A DNA stretch of 64,000 nucleotides from assembly GCA_965228855.1 (NCBI GenBank), contig CBDDIJ010000003.1, positions 2,656,001 to 2,720,000 of the forward strand, in the 5' to 3' direction. Of the stretch, positions 36,623 to 48,737 are shown piece after piece. The position numbers and the translations under genes were made by a program. This DNA comes from Candidatus Obscuribacterales bacterium (GTDB lineage: Bacteria; Cyanobacteriota; Vampirovibrionia; Obscuribacterales; Obscuribacteraceae). Below the pieces are notes generated by a model. That model did not search any database. It was not told where the DNA came from and saw only the letters and a list, made by a program, of their open reading frames with translations. Position 1 is the stretch's first letter. The number at the start of each line of letters is the position of its first letter.

Positions 36623-36700
36623 AATTAAATCCCGTAAAACAATTGAGCCAGTATATCCCATCGGCTCGCAAAATAAAGGAACGCGATGTTCAAGCGCTTT

Positions 36701-37384
36701 TTATCGCGCAGCCAACAACATCTCCAGGTGTTCTTTTACCGTTTTCCATTCTTTGTCCAGAATGCGATACCAGGCAGTATCACGATTGCGTCCTTTGATA
36801 ATGAAGTGCTGCTCCTGAATGCCTTCGAATTTGAATCCCATTCGTAACGCTGCTCTGCGCGATCGCTCGTTCAACGAGTCACATTTCCACTCTACGCGAC
36901 GGTACCCGAGGTCGAACGCGTGACTCAACATCAAGTAGGTCGCTTCCAGATTCGCCTTCGTTCTTTGAGCCAGAGGACTGTACCAGACGTTTCCGAGTTC
37001 AACCTTCAAGTGAAAGGGATAGTTGTTCATATAGGTCGAGACTCCGAGTTGATGCTCGGAAGCAGTATCGAAGACGCAGTAACACAATCCGTTCTCGACC
37101 TCAACCTGTGGTTGTAAAAACGCACGCAATGCCGCTTCGTTTTCAAACGGTCCAGCGGACATGTAGCGCCAGATGACCGAATCCGGATCGTAATCCTCGA
37201 CTGATTTTTCACCCAGATGAACGGCGTTGCCGTTCGATATTTTGAAGAGTGTGGGCACATCTCTTTCAAGCTCTAACGGAACGAGTTTCACAAACTGTCC
37301 CGTGAGTGTCACCGCCGACGGTTTCACAGGCAATGACTTACAGCTCGCAAGATTGTTTATAGACAGAGGTTCTCCAGTGATCAT
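36701..37384 (-). CDS. GNAT (RimJ/RimL-type) N-acetyltransferase
   Basis: VELGNVWYSP..QRT, GYRRVEWKCDSLNERSRRAALRMGFKFEG, KGRNRDTAWY. Confidence 0.9.
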   Translation of the reverse strand: MITGEPLSINNLASCKSLPVKPSAVTLTGQFVKLVPLELERDVPTLFKISNGNAVHLGEKSVEDYDPDSVIWRYMSAGPFENEAALRAFLQPQVEVENGLCYCVFDTASEHQLGVSTYMNNYPFHLKVELGNVWYSPLAQRTKANLEATYLMLSHAFDLGYRRVEWKCDSLNERSRRAALRMGFKFEGIQEQHFIIKGRNRDTAWYRILDKEWKTVKEHLEMLLAAR

Positions 37385-37431
37385 AACTACCTGAGGGGTG
37401 ATGAGGAAGGATACAGATTTGGTTTGGCACC

Positions 37432-38412
37432 TTAGAATAGGTGGGTTTCAATTTTACAGTCAGGGCGAACCTGTGAAAAACGCTTTGTCCCAGCAGTGGT
37501 AATTCCTCGACATTCACCGACCCGAACTGATTTCAACGAGAGCAGTCTGGCTAATTGCATCAAACCAGCATCCGTGATCTTCGTATTACCGGCGCTGAGA
37601 ACCTGCAGTCCAGGCGCTGCCGCCATGATTGCGGGAACATCACTGTCACCGATGTTGCAATGATCTAAACCAAGTTTTCGAAGTTTAGTATCTTTCAAGT
37701 ATTTCCTAATGCCATCGCCGGTAACGGCAGTATTTTCACAATAGATTGCAAACAAATCCATTGGCGCAGCATATCTGAAAAACTCATTTGTCACTCGCGT
37801 GCTTCCCACATAGATCCGCTTCATACTCTTACAACTCTGCATACTTTTGACGCCTTCATCGCTAATGGCAGTGCCGTTCACGACTATGATGCCGAGAACC
37901 GGAAGAATCGCAAGCTTTTTCATACCGGCATCAGTCACTTTAGTACTGCTCAGATCCAGCTTAAACATGGTGGGTATTTTTGTTATCGATTCCAGCCCGG
38001 CGTCAGAGACTGCTGTTCCGGAAAGATCGAGCTTGGAAAGCGGCATGTGCTCGATGTACTTCAGTCCCGCATCGGTCACCTTCGAGTGTGATAGGTTGAG
38101 TTCCTTGAGCAGTTTCAGTTTGGCGACCTTGGGCATCAACGCATCGGTTACCGTGACGGCGGAAAGATCGCAGTTTGTAGCATTCGGGTTTCGATCGACG
38201 ATACTATTGACGGTATCACTGTCGTAGTCGCTGCCCATCAAATCTTCTGAGAAGTCTTCAGAGATACGGACCTTTTCCACATCGCGAACGTGCTTGTCTT
38301 CTTGATCTATGAGTTTAAACGTTAAAGCGATGAAACCACCGATCAGCAAAACTCCAACTATTCCAAGAACCAAGAAATCGCGATTCTTCGGTGCTCCGTC
38401 TTTTTTCGACAA
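37432..38412 (-). CDS. Membrane-anchored leucine-rich repeat protein
   Basis: N-terminal TM; repeats L..L.LS.T.VTDAG. Confidence 0.85.
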   Translation of the reverse strand: MSKKDGAPKNRDFLVLGIVGVLLIGGFIALTFKLIDQEDKHVRDVEKVRISEDFSEDLMGSDYDSDTVNSIVDRNPNATNCDLSAVTVTDALMPKVAKLKLLKELNLSHSKVTDAGLKYIEHMPLSKLDLSGTAVSDAGLESITKIPTMFKLDLSSTKVTDAGMKKLAILPVLGIIVVNGTAISDEGVKSMQSCKSMKRIYVGSTRVTNEFFRYAAPMDLFAIYCENTAVTGDGIRKYLKDTKLRKLGLDHCNIGDSDVPAIMAAAPGLQVLSAGNTKITDAGLMQLARLLSLKSVRVGECRGITTAGTKRFSQVRPDCKIETHLF

Positions 38413-38517
38413 AGTCTGCCACCCCTCAATGTCACCAAAATATGGTACAAGCCGGGAGCGGCATCAATCAATATCAAAAGTATTCGAATACTCGCCACTT
38501 TTCAAGAAAGTGGCTAT

Positions 38518-39312
38518 TTAGTATAAGTCCATAGGGCGGAGTCGCGGTACGTAGGCGGTCGGACGATCCATTCCAGTCAGGCTAAACGATAAATTGAGGA
38601 CTTCATCAACGTTACAAGCATTCAACTTACTTGCGCTAACCATCATGGCGACGTTTGTTTCAACGAGTTCGAGTGCTTGCTGGAGTGTAGGCTCCAACCA
38701 ACCATTCGCAAAAGTAAAAACACCGACTATCTCACCATCAAACATGTAGATGAACGCGAGGACTTCGTCGGTAGCAAAACGCTTCAACACTATGCAGCCA
38801 GGCATGCGGGTTCGCAAAAGGTTTTGAAAAACAAAATGGAGCGTTTCCGGAGCGCCTTTACCGAGAGGTTGATGGAATACCTCGCCGTGAAACAAACTGG
38901 TGGCAGAAAGAGCAAGGTTTTCCGGAAGGATGTAGGTATCTACGATGCTGTCAGGAATCGAGATATCATCAAGGAAGCACTCAAATGCCTCCTGTCCAAA
39001 CAGTTGCGAATCCAGGTCTTTCTGACCGTATATACACCCGAGTGCGCGTCCGCGATAACATAGAAGTGCCGCTCGCGACTTTTTCTTTGGTGATACCACC
39101 TTCAAACAGCACGTACTTTGCTTTCCTTCAATCGAGATCAATAGCTGTTTATATCTGACCTTCTCAGCAATTGAAACGTCACGCTCCAGCTCGGACAGTG
39201 GGAACGGAACAAGTCCGACCGCTCTGCGATTCGATCCTCTAGCTGTCGATTCGAATGCAGTGACCTTTTCGATTTCTTCACGGGCAGTGAGTTTTTCTTT
39301 CCAAACAAACAC
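38518..39312 (-). CDS. Hypothetical protein with two PATAN/DUF2226-like modules
   Basis: Repeated pattern L....(T/P)(C/G)C(L/I).(V/L)...A.(L/I)...G..(L/V)G; first copy followed by GQEA. Confidence 0.55.
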   Translation of the reverse strand: MFVWKEKLTAREEIEKVTAFESTARGSNRRAVGLVPFPLSELERDVSIAEKVRYKQLLISIEGKQSTCCLKVVSPKKKSRAALLCYRGRALGCIYGQKDLDSQLFGQEAFECFLDDISIPDSIVDTYILPENLALSATSLFHGEVFHQPLGKGAPETLHFVFQNLLRTRMPGCIVLKRFATDEVLAFIYMFDGEIVGVFTFANGWLEPTLQQALELVETNVAMMVSASKLNACNVDEVLNLSFSLTGMDRPTAYVPRLRPMDLY

Positions 39313-39465
39313 GACATGCGCCTCCGGGGGGAGAAACTGGGCCCGCGATGGGGCAGTTGTAAGGGGATGCGAACATGGTAAGGTTTCCTGACATTATCAC
39401 TCAGGTCAGACTGGGACACTGGGGAAACTACGTAGTGCACACCAAAATTGTTGCCAGAAATCTGA

Positions 39466-40368
39466 TTAAGACGTCATTGCCTCTTCCGGCACCTCTGGAA
39501 TTTCAGGAACTTCCGGAAGCTCCTTCTGACCGGATGTCAGAGTGCTGCCAATTGACGCGACAATGATACTTCCAACAGCGAACCACTGGCTGGTTGAAAG
39601 CATTTCATGCAAGATTAAAAGCGCGGAGAATGCGCCAACGACAGGTTCCAAACTTAGGAGAATCGCGAATGTTTGTTTCGGCAAGTGGCGTAAGGCATAC
39701 ATTTCCAGAGAGTAGGGGAGCGCACTGGACAGTAGCGCCACGACAAATCCAAAGATCATAAGATTTGGCTCGAGCAAAGCTGTACCACCACGGGCGATAC
39801 CGAATGGCAGCACCACCAGTGATGCAGTCGACATACTTAAAGCGGTCGATAGGCCGATGTGCATCTTGCCGGCTTGCTTGCCATAGATGATGTACATCGC
39901 CCAACAAGCGGCGGCTCCAAGCACGAAAAGAACGCCAATCGGATCAAGGCTGTCACTGCCCTGGTTCCAGGGAAGCAGCAAAGCTAAACCGAAAACCACG
40001 AAAGCAATCCAGAGGAAATCCAGTTTACGCCGCGAAGAGAACATCGCAACGGCGAGCGGACCAGTAAATTCAATTGCAATTGCTATGCCCAACGGTATCG
40101 TGCTGATCGCTTTGTAGAACATCAGGTTCATCGCACCGAGAATTATTCCAAAGCGCGCAATCGCGAATGCATTTTCCTTTGTTAACGGAAAACGCCATGG
40201 TCTCCAGATTCCCAGAAGAATGAGAGAAGCGAAGCAGACTCGATAGGTGGTAGCCCCCTCGGGGCCGACTTGAGCAAAAATCTGTTTAGCGAAAGAAGCG
40301 CCGACGCACAGAGATACGATTGCGCCGATTACTGCCAGAGCAGGTATAAATCTAGCCGGTGTGTTCAT
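39466..40368 (-). CDS. EamA/DMT family transporter (RhtA-like)
   Basis: GASFAK, MNLMFY, IPLGIAIAIEFTGPL, SSALPYSLE, LLSLEP. Confidence 0.9.
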   Translation of the reverse strand: MNTPARFIPALAVIGAIVSLCVGASFAKQIFAQVGPEGATTYRVCFASLILLGIWRPWRFPLTKENAFAIARFGIILGAMNLMFYKAISTIPLGIAIAIEFTGPLAVAMFSSRRKLDFLWIAFVVFGLALLLPWNQGSDSLDPIGVLFVLGAAACWAMYIIYGKQAGKMHIGLSTALSMSTASLVVLPFGIARGGTALLEPNLMIFGFVVALLSSALPYSLEMYALRHLPKQTFAILLSLEPVVGAFSALLILHEMLSTSQWFAVGSIIVASIGSTLTSGQKELPEVPEIPEVPEEAMTS

Positions 40369-40488
40369 AGGGTTTCCAGTGCACCGATACACTGCATCGA
40401 CAAACCTTTATCATCGAAAACTCACGATCTCGGTGCCTTAAAAACATAACCGTGAGAGGCTCTTTTAGCGCGATTATGTTTTCGCCAT

Positions 40489-40998
40489 TCAGAAATTCGT
40501 TACAAACACACTCTCACAGTGAATCAAGGTTACCTGCTCATACTCTGTGGAAGCAAACATCTTTGAGGCCTCAGTGTTTATACACTCTGACTCCTGCAAC
40601 AAGTCCGACTCTCCAACCGTGCGCACGAGTTCTCCAGCCAGCGAAGAAGACAGTCCAAGCATGACCACGTCAAATCTGTATTCTGAACTATGATCAGCTG
40701 TTTCAACTTTGTAGGCACGTGCAGCGGACAGTATCTTTCTTTGCTTACGCCAGTTAAGCGTGTGGGAAACGGACTCATACCAGTCATGATTGTTGATTTG
40801 TGACAGCGCTCTTGTCTTCACCTCAATGAAAACAGTTACTCCATCAGGATTTCGCATTACAAGATCGATCTCAGACGAGCGTCCTATGCGAAACTTGGTC
40901 CGCAACAAATGCCATCCGCAGTGCATCAAGTAGCGCATCACCAGCGCCTCTCCAATGTCACCCAGTCTCTTCCGCCACAATCGCTTATCGTCGTTCAT
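40489..40998 (-). CDS. YraN family (UPF0102) nuclease-like protein
   Basis: LGDIGE, EIDLV, VFIEVKTR, YRFDVV. Confidence 0.85.
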   Translation of the reverse strand: MNDDKRLWRKRLGDIGEALVMRYLMHCGWHLLRTKFRIGRSSEIDLVMRNPDGVTVFIEVKTRALSQINNHDWYESVSHTLNWRKQRKILSAARAYKVETADHSSEYRFDVVMLGLSSSLAGELVRTVGESDLLQESECINTEASKMFASTEYEQVTLIHCESVFVTNF

Positions 40999-41123
40999 TC
41001 TGCGAACTCCCTCAAGTAACAGTACGCAACGCTCGCCCTGTAGGACGACAAACATAAGTGCTGCTTGGATATAATGCTTAATCCACATATGTAGATTCTG
41101 GAAAAGCGGCACCTACTATGTAA

Positions 41124-42437
<1,314 letters not shown>

Positions 42438-42448
42438 AGGACATCGAG

Positions 42449-43246
42449 ATGGCAGAAGGCATGCGCGGTTCGGATAAACGAATATCTGAATCCGGTATGC
42501 ACGAGATTCAGCATCTGGCGGATCCTGCCGACCAGGTGCGCTATCGTCATGTTCAATGGGTCGCGGCTGGCTCCGCTTTGACTCACGTGATAGCTGTCTT
42601 TCTTGCTATCTATGCCTTTCGCGCCGGCGATTTGCAAGAACTATCTCTCATCAATCTGATGCACTTCGTGCCGAACAACGTAGCGCTATGGCAAGTGTGC
42701 TGCTTCGCTATCGGGATATCCAGCCTCTCATTTCTGGCACTCTACATAGCAGTTAAACAGATTCTGCGACTGCGCCACAGCGTTTGGATTAATACCGCGA
42801 CGTTCTTAGTCGTCATCGCAATCGCTCTGGACATGCAATCCTACGGCAACCTCATGGTATTTTTCAGCGATATCTGCGTGCAACTCACGCGTTCATCCGG
42901 ATACAAACAGCTGCTGATGCTGGAAGGATGGAGAAGTGTAAACCAGGGACTGACGCAATCCGTTCTTATTGGAAACACTTTGTACTCATTGGCTGGGTTG
43001 GTAATGGCTGGTGCGATTGTCGCCGGGAAAGGTCTGCCAAACTGGCTGGGCTGGACATCCGTGCCGATCTGGCTAGTCGGATTGGCTGCATCAGGCTTGA
43101 CCTTTGCCGGACAACTTTCATGGGCGCTTGTCCTGATGTTCGCAATGACCATCGCTTTCATAATCTGGACAATCGCCCTGGCCGTCGCTGTTGACCCCTA
43201 TACGACCAGCCACAAATTCCCGATCGATCACAACCCAGCCAACTAA
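42449..43246 (+). CDS. Integral membrane protein (DUF4386-like), hypothetical
   Basis: About 6 TM segments; LPNWLGW motif; 11 bp after serS. Confidence 0.65.
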   Translation: MAEGMRGSDKRISESGMHEIQHLADPADQVRYRHVQWVAAGSALTHVIAVFLAIYAFRAGDLQELSLINLMHFVPNNVALWQVCCFAIGISSLSFLALYIAVKQILRLRHSVWINTATFLVVIAIALDMQSYGNLMVFFSDICVQLTRSSGYKQLLMLEGWRSVNQGLTQSVLIGNTLYSLAGLVMAGAIVAGKGLPNWLGWTSVPIWLVGLAASGLTFAGQLSWALVLMFAMTIAFIIWTIALAVAVDPYTTSHKFPIDHNPAN

Positions 43247-43402
43247 TCCGATTTAATAAATTGGCTGGTTGCTAATACCTACCAATCGAGTTATATTCCA
43301 AGTCAGGAGGTCCCACAAGACCGCCTCTTGCGATATTACAGCTGGTTTAAACAAAACCAGACAATTGATTTACGTGGCAGACAATGTCCCAAAATTGGCT
43401 GG
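43235..43402. promoter_or_regulatory. Candidate MocR/PdxR operator repeats
   Basis: AATTGGCTGG at 43259-43268 and 43393-43402; inverted copies CCAGCCAACT at 43235-43244 and CCAGACAATT at 43357-43366. Confidence 0.45.
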
Positions 43403-45006
43403 ATCTGATAGGTGACATAAATAAGGACAGGGGAACCTCGCCCCTGTATTCCGTAATTTACGAACGCGTAAAGCAAGCCATCGACGCCGGCAAACTGCAG
43501 GTCAACTCGAAACTTCCCACCAATCGCGAATTGGCCCTGCTTTTAAACATAGATCGCTCAACCGCCTCCCGAGCATATTCCGAATTAGCGGCAAACGGCT
43601 ACATCGAGAGTTTCGTAGGGCGCGGCACCTTCGTCAAAGCCGGCAGTCGCAACGGTTTAAAAAATGGAACGAGCAGCAACCAAGCCACTCTAGAGCCGGT
43701 AGTTGAAACCGTAGATCCGGTAGTTTGGGCAGAGAGATTTTCAAAGGCAAGCCAAACGGCGCACGACATGCTGCGTTTGGAGTATGCCAATTATGGCAGA
43801 CAATCGGAAGTTATCTCGTTCGCAGGCGGTATTCCAACCGATGAGTCCTATCCACACAAGGATTTCGAGAGCATCTTGCAAAAGATGATCGCCGATGGTC
43901 GGTCGCACGAATTGTTTCAATACAGCCCGGGCGAAGGAATGCCTTTGTTGCGTCAGGAAGTTTTAAAACATCTTCGCTCGCAAGACATTGATGCTAATGA
44001 TGAGAAACTGCTGATCCTATGCGGTTCTCAGCAAGGACTGGATGTGGTGAGCAGCGTACTTCTAGATCCGGGAGACCTGGTCGTCGTGGAAGATCCTACG
44101 TATCTTTGGGCTACCTGCAATTTTAGAAGCAGACAAGCGCGCTGCCTGCCTGTTCCACTCGACGATGAGGGAATTCGGCTCGACATGCTCGAATCGGTAC
44201 TCACTCGACACCGACCGAAATTTATTTACGTGATACCGAACTTCCAAAATCCGACCGGTATCACAATGTCGCTCCGACGCAGGCAGCAACTTCTGCAACT
44301 GGCGATCGAATATCAAATTCCGATCGTTGAAGATAATTTCGTTGGCGACCTCCGTTATGAGGGAGCACCACTTCCCTCACTCAGAGCGCTTCCCGGCGCG
44401 GAAAACATTGTCATTCACCTGGGCACCTTTTCAAAAGCACTCTGCCCAGCGCTTAGACTTGGCTGGCTGGTTGCGCCACCAGAGACGATGTCACGTCTGG
44501 TCATCGCCAAACGCGCATCGAACCTTTCCACCAATTCAATCTCGCAACTGATTCTCGCCGAATTTCTCAAAGAAGGGCTCTACGAGCAGCATCTCGTGAC
44601 AGTCAGAAATTTGTATCGCAATCGACGCGATGCGATGCTAAAAACTTTGCAGAAAGAGCTGGGATTTATCACGGATAAAAACGGCAGACGCGCTGAGATT
44701 TCCTGGTCAAAACCGGAAGGTGGAATGTTTATCTGGTTGAAGCTGCCAGACGGCTTGTCCAGTCGCGAGATGCTCAGTTACGCCCAGCAGGAAGGCGTTG
44801 TCTACGCGCCAGGCGATCTCTGTTTTCTTTCTGCTGAACACACAGAATATATGCGACTCTGCTTCATTCAACTTGACGAGGCAACCATTATTAAAGGAGT
44901 TCGACAACTCGCTAAAGCTGTTAAAACCTACATCGATGATGTGTCGACCACTTCGGCAAACGACCGTTCGCACTTAATGGGGACAGGTGCGCACGCGTTT
45001 ATATAA
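43384..45006 (+). CDS. MocR/GntR PLP-dependent transcriptional regulator (PdxR-like by context)
   Basis: GntR HTH (KLPTNRELA..RAYSEL..GRGTFV) plus aminotransferase domain (PNFQNPTG, GTFSK, RLGW); directly upstream of pdxST. Confidence 0.9.
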   Translation: MSQNWLDLIGDINKDRGTSPLYSVIYERVKQAIDAGKLQVNSKLPTNRELALLLNIDRSTASRAYSELAANGYIESFVGRGTFVKAGSRNGLKNGTSSNQATLEPVVETVDPVVWAERFSKASQTAHDMLRLEYANYGRQSEVISFAGGIPTDESYPHKDFESILQKMIADGRSHELFQYSPGEGMPLLRQEVLKHLRSQDIDANDEKLLILCGSQQGLDVVSSVLLDPGDLVVVEDPTYLWATCNFRSRQARCLPVPLDDEGIRLDMLESVLTRHRPKFIYVIPNFQNPTGITMSLRRRQQLLQLAIEYQIPIVEDNFVGDLRYEGAPLPSLRALPGAENIVIHLGTFSKALCPALRLGWLVAPPETMSRLVIAKRASNLSTNSISQLILAEFLKEGLYEQHLVTVRNLYRNRRDAMLKTLQKELGFITDKNGRRAEISWSKPEGGMFIWLKLPDGLSSREMLSYAQQEGVVYAPGDLCFLSAEHTEYMRLCFIQLDEATIIKGVRQLAKAVKTYIDDVSTTSANDRSHLMGTGAHAFI

Positions 45007-45081
45007 CAGTCTCTCACTCGAAATTTTTTCATCGCAAAACCAAAACACTACACTATTAAAATAGAAACACTGGAGGTTACA

Positions 45082-45999
45082 ATGGCAACTAAGCAAGCAG
45101 AGAAGAAGCAAGACGGCGCCCAAGTCGGCACAGAGCGCGTCAAGAAGGCTCTTCCGCAAATGTTGAAAGGCGGCGTCATCATGGACGTCGTCAACGCTGA
45201 GCAAGCCAAAATTGCTGAAGAATCCGGCGCTTGCGCAGTGATGGCTTTGGAACGCGTCCCAGCCGATATCCGCGCTGACGGCGGCGTCGCGAGAATGAGC
45301 GACCCGGAATTGGTTTCAAAAATTATCGAATCTGTTTCTATTCCCGTCATGGCAAAAGCGAGAATCGGTCACTTCGTAGAAGCGCAAATTCTCGAATCGC
45401 TCGGCGTAGACTGTATTGACGAAAGTGAAGTTTTGACACCTGCGGACGAAGAATTTCACATCGACAAACACAAATTCACCATTCCGTTTGTATGCGGCGC
45501 TCGCAACCTCGGCGAAGCACTGCGGCGCATCGGCGAAGGCGCAGCGATGATGCGCACCAAGGGCGAAGCCGGCACCGGCGACGTAGTAGAAGCGGTTCGT
45601 CATGCTCGCGCAATCCTGGGCGCAATCAAAAAACTTCAAGTCATGCCGGATGAGGAGCTGATGACTTACGCACGTGACCTAGGAGCGCCGTACGAACTCG
45701 TGAAGAAAGTCAAAGAAGACGGCAAACTTCCCGTCGTAAACTTCGCGGCAGGCGGAATCGCGACACCCGCTGACGCAGCGCTTCTCATGCAGCTTGGCGT
45801 AGATGGCGTCTTCGTCGGTTCCGGTATCTTCAAGTCCGGCAACCCATTGAAACGCGCACAGGCAATCGTCAAAGCAACAACCTACTTCAACGATCCTGAA
45901 GTCCTTGCAGACGTGAGCAGAAACCTCGGCGAACCGATGGTTGGCCGCACCGCTCAGTCGCTCTCACCTGAGGAAACCCTTGCAGTCAGAGGCTGGTAA
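45082..45999 (+). CDS. pdxS: Pyridoxal 5'-phosphate synthase lyase subunit
   Basis: [43 protein letters not shown]. Confidence 0.98.
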   Translation: MATKQAEKKQDGAQVGTERVKKALPQMLKGGVIMDVVNAEQAKIAEESGACAVMALERVPADIRADGGVARMSDPELVSKIIESVSIPVMAKARIGHFVEAQILESLGVDCIDESEVLTPADEEFHIDKHKFTIPFVCGARNLGEALRRIGEGAAMMRTKGEAGTGDVVEAVRHARAILGAIKKLQVMPDEELMTYARDLGAPYELVKKVKEDGKLPVVNFAAGGIATPADAALLMQLGVDGVFVGSGIFKSGNPLKRAQAIVKATTYFNDPEVLADVSRNLGEPMVGRTAQSLSPEETLAVRGW

Positions 46000-46001
46000 C
46001 A

Positions 46002-46631
46002 ATGTCTAATCCACTCGTTGGCGTATTAGCTATTCAGGGTGATTTCGCCGAACACCGGCATGCCATTGAGCAAGCCGGTGCGCGGTCGGCGGAGATTCGC
46101 CATCTGCGCGACCTTGAAAAGATCGATGCCTTGATCATTCCGGGCGGAGAGTCGACAACAATCAACAAGTTCGACGACAACTTCGGCGGGCAAGTCTTTG
46201 CTACGTTGAACGATTGCGCAAAGACCGGCATGCCCATTTACGGAACGTGCATGGGCTCGATTGTTCTCGCCACTCATATCGAGGGGCGCGAACAACGTTC
46301 GACCGGGCTCATGGATATCACGGTCCGAAGAAACGCATACGGACCGCAGAAGAAAAGTTTCGAGACTTACCTTGACATCAAGGAGCTCGGTGCCGAGCCA
46401 TTCCTCGCAATCTTTATCAGAGCACCTCAGATTGTTAGCGTCGGCAGCGGTGTCACGGTAATGGCCACCGTCAACGATACCATCGCAATGGCGAGACAGA
46501 ACAACATACTCGTCACGACCTTCCACCCTGAAATTACTTCGGACATGAGAGTACATGAGTACTTTCTGTCTATGATAAAAAAGCCTGAAACCCCGGCTGT
46601 CGCAACACCGGCTCTGGCATTATCGAAGTAA
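46002..46631 (+). CDS. pdxT: Pyridoxal 5'-phosphate synthase glutaminase subunit
   Basis: GVLAIQG, PGGEST, GTC, RNAYG, FIRAP, FHPE. Confidence 0.97.
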   Translation: MSNPLVGVLAIQGDFAEHRHAIEQAGARSAEIRHLRDLEKIDALIIPGGESTTINKFDDNFGGQVFATLNDCAKTGMPIYGTCMGSIVLATHIEGREQRSTGLMDITVRRNAYGPQKKSFETYLDIKELGAEPFLAIFIRAPQIVSVGSGVTVMATVNDTIAMARQNNILVTTFHPEITSDMRVHEYFLSMIKKPETPAVATPALALSK

Positions 46632-46658
46632 ACTGTTGCGTCAATCACGCTAAAGTTC

Positions 46659-46690
46659 GAGCCAGGCATCATATGTGGTGCCTGGCTTTT
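46659..46690 (+). terminator. Intrinsic terminator after pdxT
   Basis: GAGCCAGGCATCA-TATG-TGGTGCCTGGCTT followed by TT. Confidence 0.75.
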
Positions 46691-46734
46691 ACTCTCGATA
46701 CCTTACGCCTTCAGCTTCATTCACAGTCGAGAAA

Positions 46735-47583
46735 CTACTGCCTGTGGTGCTTCTTCCAATTCTTCAATTTCTCCAGATACGGGACAATTGACTCATCGTA
46801 GTACTTTCCCCAGTAATCATACGGATAGTAATCTTCATCCGTGTATTGTGAGATCCATTCCTCGTAGGTCTCTTTTTCACCATTTTTCCAATACGAGGAG
46901 TCAGACTCGATACCGCGTATCTTCATTGCAGGCAGCCAGATTCCACGATAGAACACAATCATTTTTTGCATCGCCAAAAATTCGAGTTTAGTATTCTCCG
47001 TCAACCATTCTTCTTTGGAAACGGTACCTGTGAGCGATTTATCGTATATTGCGTTAAAGCCGTTGTGGTTGGCCAGATTGAACAGTTCAAAAAACAGGCA
47101 CGACCATAAGTACTCACCGTCGTAAGGTCCATCCGGTCCGGCAGCGCGTATTCGAATGAAGGCTTTGTAGTCGGGCGGATGCGGAAACGCGTGATCGCTG
47201 GCATAGATTAGCGGCTTGTCGAGGTCGTGTGTATTCCAGCTGACGCGGTAGCCGCAAGTTTCACCAGCCAGTCCGCGAACGGCCTTGGTCCAAACAGGAT
47301 CGCCCGGAAAAGCATAACCTTTCATAGCCGGACGATCGCTGAGTAACCTTCTGAGCTGAGCCTCTCCGAAAGCAAGATCCGCCTCAGTAGGTTCCTGGTT
47401 GCGAACAGGTAACGGGGTGATCGCCGAATTCCGAGTGACCGGAGGCACTGTTCCAGGCGCATGCGACGGACGACCGCGAATGACGGTTTGCGCAGCATTC
47501 GATGATGACGTCACTGTCAAAAGTAACATCATACAAACAGTTACTAGTACTCGGTTTCCCGATTCGACAAATCGCGATTTCAT
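46735..47583 (-). CDS. Secreted hypothetical protein
   Basis: Signal peptide; aromatic-rich body with FFELFN motif. Confidence 0.7.
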   Translation of the reverse strand: MKSRFVESGNRVLVTVCMMLLLTVTSSSNAAQTVIRGRPSHAPGTVPPVTRNSAITPLPVRNQEPTEADLAFGEAQLRRLLSDRPAMKGYAFPGDPVWTKAVRGLAGETCGYRVSWNTHDLDKPLIYASDHAFPHPPDYKAFIRIRAAGPDGPYDGEYLWSCLFFELFNLANHNGFNAIYDKSLTGTVSKEEWLTENTKLEFLAMQKMIVFYRGIWLPAMKIRGIESDSSYWKNGEKETYEEWISQYTDEDYYPYDYWGKYYDESIVPYLEKLKNWKKHHRQ

Positions 47584-47591
47584 CTATTGTG

Positions 47592-48512
47592 CTACCAGCG
47601 CCCAGCAGCACTCGCTGCACTCTGCGCACTGCTCTGCGCTTGATTGGCGACGTTTCGAATTTGACTTACCAATCCACTTAATTCAGGCATGCCTCCTGCC
47701 CGCGACGCCGCACGGCCGGCAGCAGCCATGGCAGACGCGGCATGCGATCTCGCCTCACTAGCAGCCGACTCTCTTTCGGAATCGTCGCCGGCGTTGCGTG
47801 CTCGTTGCATACATGAAGCCGCCTGGGACGCCTGAGAACGGGCGTAGCTGAGTTCGTAATTAACCGCATCCCGAGCAGACGAGACCGCACTAGAATCCTG
47901 ATTGGAATTCATTTGACTCATCATCTCTGAGAGCTTATTGCTGGTTGCCGGACCGGGTTGTTGAAATCCTTGCTGCATCTGCTGCGGAAACCCCTGGCCA
48001 AAACCGCGAGGTTGAAACCCTTGCTGCGAAAATCCTCTTTGACCAAATCCGTGAGAGGCGAAACCACGCTGGCCGCCGGCTGGGAAGCGGCGCTGCTGCG
48101 GTGGCGCTTGCATGCGCTGCATCGTATTCGATTGCGAATTCGCCTGGGGAGTTTTCCAGGCCGAGTCAAGATATGCCTCCGCGCTAGAAAGACTAGAACC
48201 GCCACCTGAAGACGACTGCGCACCGGATCCGCTCGGCAACATAGGCATGTTTACGCGCATCGGCATGGGATTACCGTCTAGACGCCCCTCCGGCGCCAGC
48301 GTCTGCATTGAATCAGTCGGCATTGCCGGTGTCGATGACATAGGCGGTGCGCTCGGCGCAGGAGGTTTCGCAAGATCAGCAGCTGACTGCTGAACCTGCT
48401 GCATAATCTTTCCGCCCTGACTGGGATCGGACATGATCAATACAAAAGACCCAGCTAGAGCGGCGAAGCCTAGCAGGATAGAGATGGCGGTGCTTTTGTC
48501 TTTGGACTTCAT
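47592..48512 (-). CDS. Membrane-anchored low-complexity protein
   Basis: N-terminal TM; Pro/Met/Ser- and GFxQ-rich middle; Ala-rich helical C-terminus. Confidence 0.7.
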   Translation of the reverse strand: MKSKDKSTAISILLGFAALAGSFVLIMSDPSQGGKIMQQVQQSAADLAKPPAPSAPPMSSTPAMPTDSMQTLAPEGRLDGNPMPMRVNMPMLPSGSGAQSSSGGGSSLSSAEAYLDSAWKTPQANSQSNTMQRMQAPPQQRRFPAGGQRGFASHGFGQRGFSQQGFQPRGFGQGFPQQMQQGFQQPGPATSNKLSEMMSQMNSNQDSSAVSSARDAVNYELSYARSQASQAASCMQRARNAGDDSERESAASEARSHAASAMAAAGRAASRAGGMPELSGLVSQIRNVANQAQSSAQSAASAAGRW

Positions 48513-48737
48513 CCAGTTGCGGCAAACAGAAGTAATAAATAGAGCTTACTACGAGTCCTTAATTCTCGCAGGTCAAAATAGCGTGTCAAGCAGAATTCCG
48601 CTGACTTTTCTCGTTCTAGAACGGCAATTTATTTCGCTTTGTTTCCCTTCTAACATTTTTCGAAACAAAACGCATGCGCATCAAGCGCGATTTCAAAACA
48701 CGCGCTAACAATGGAATAACTTCGGGAGCGAGTTGCG

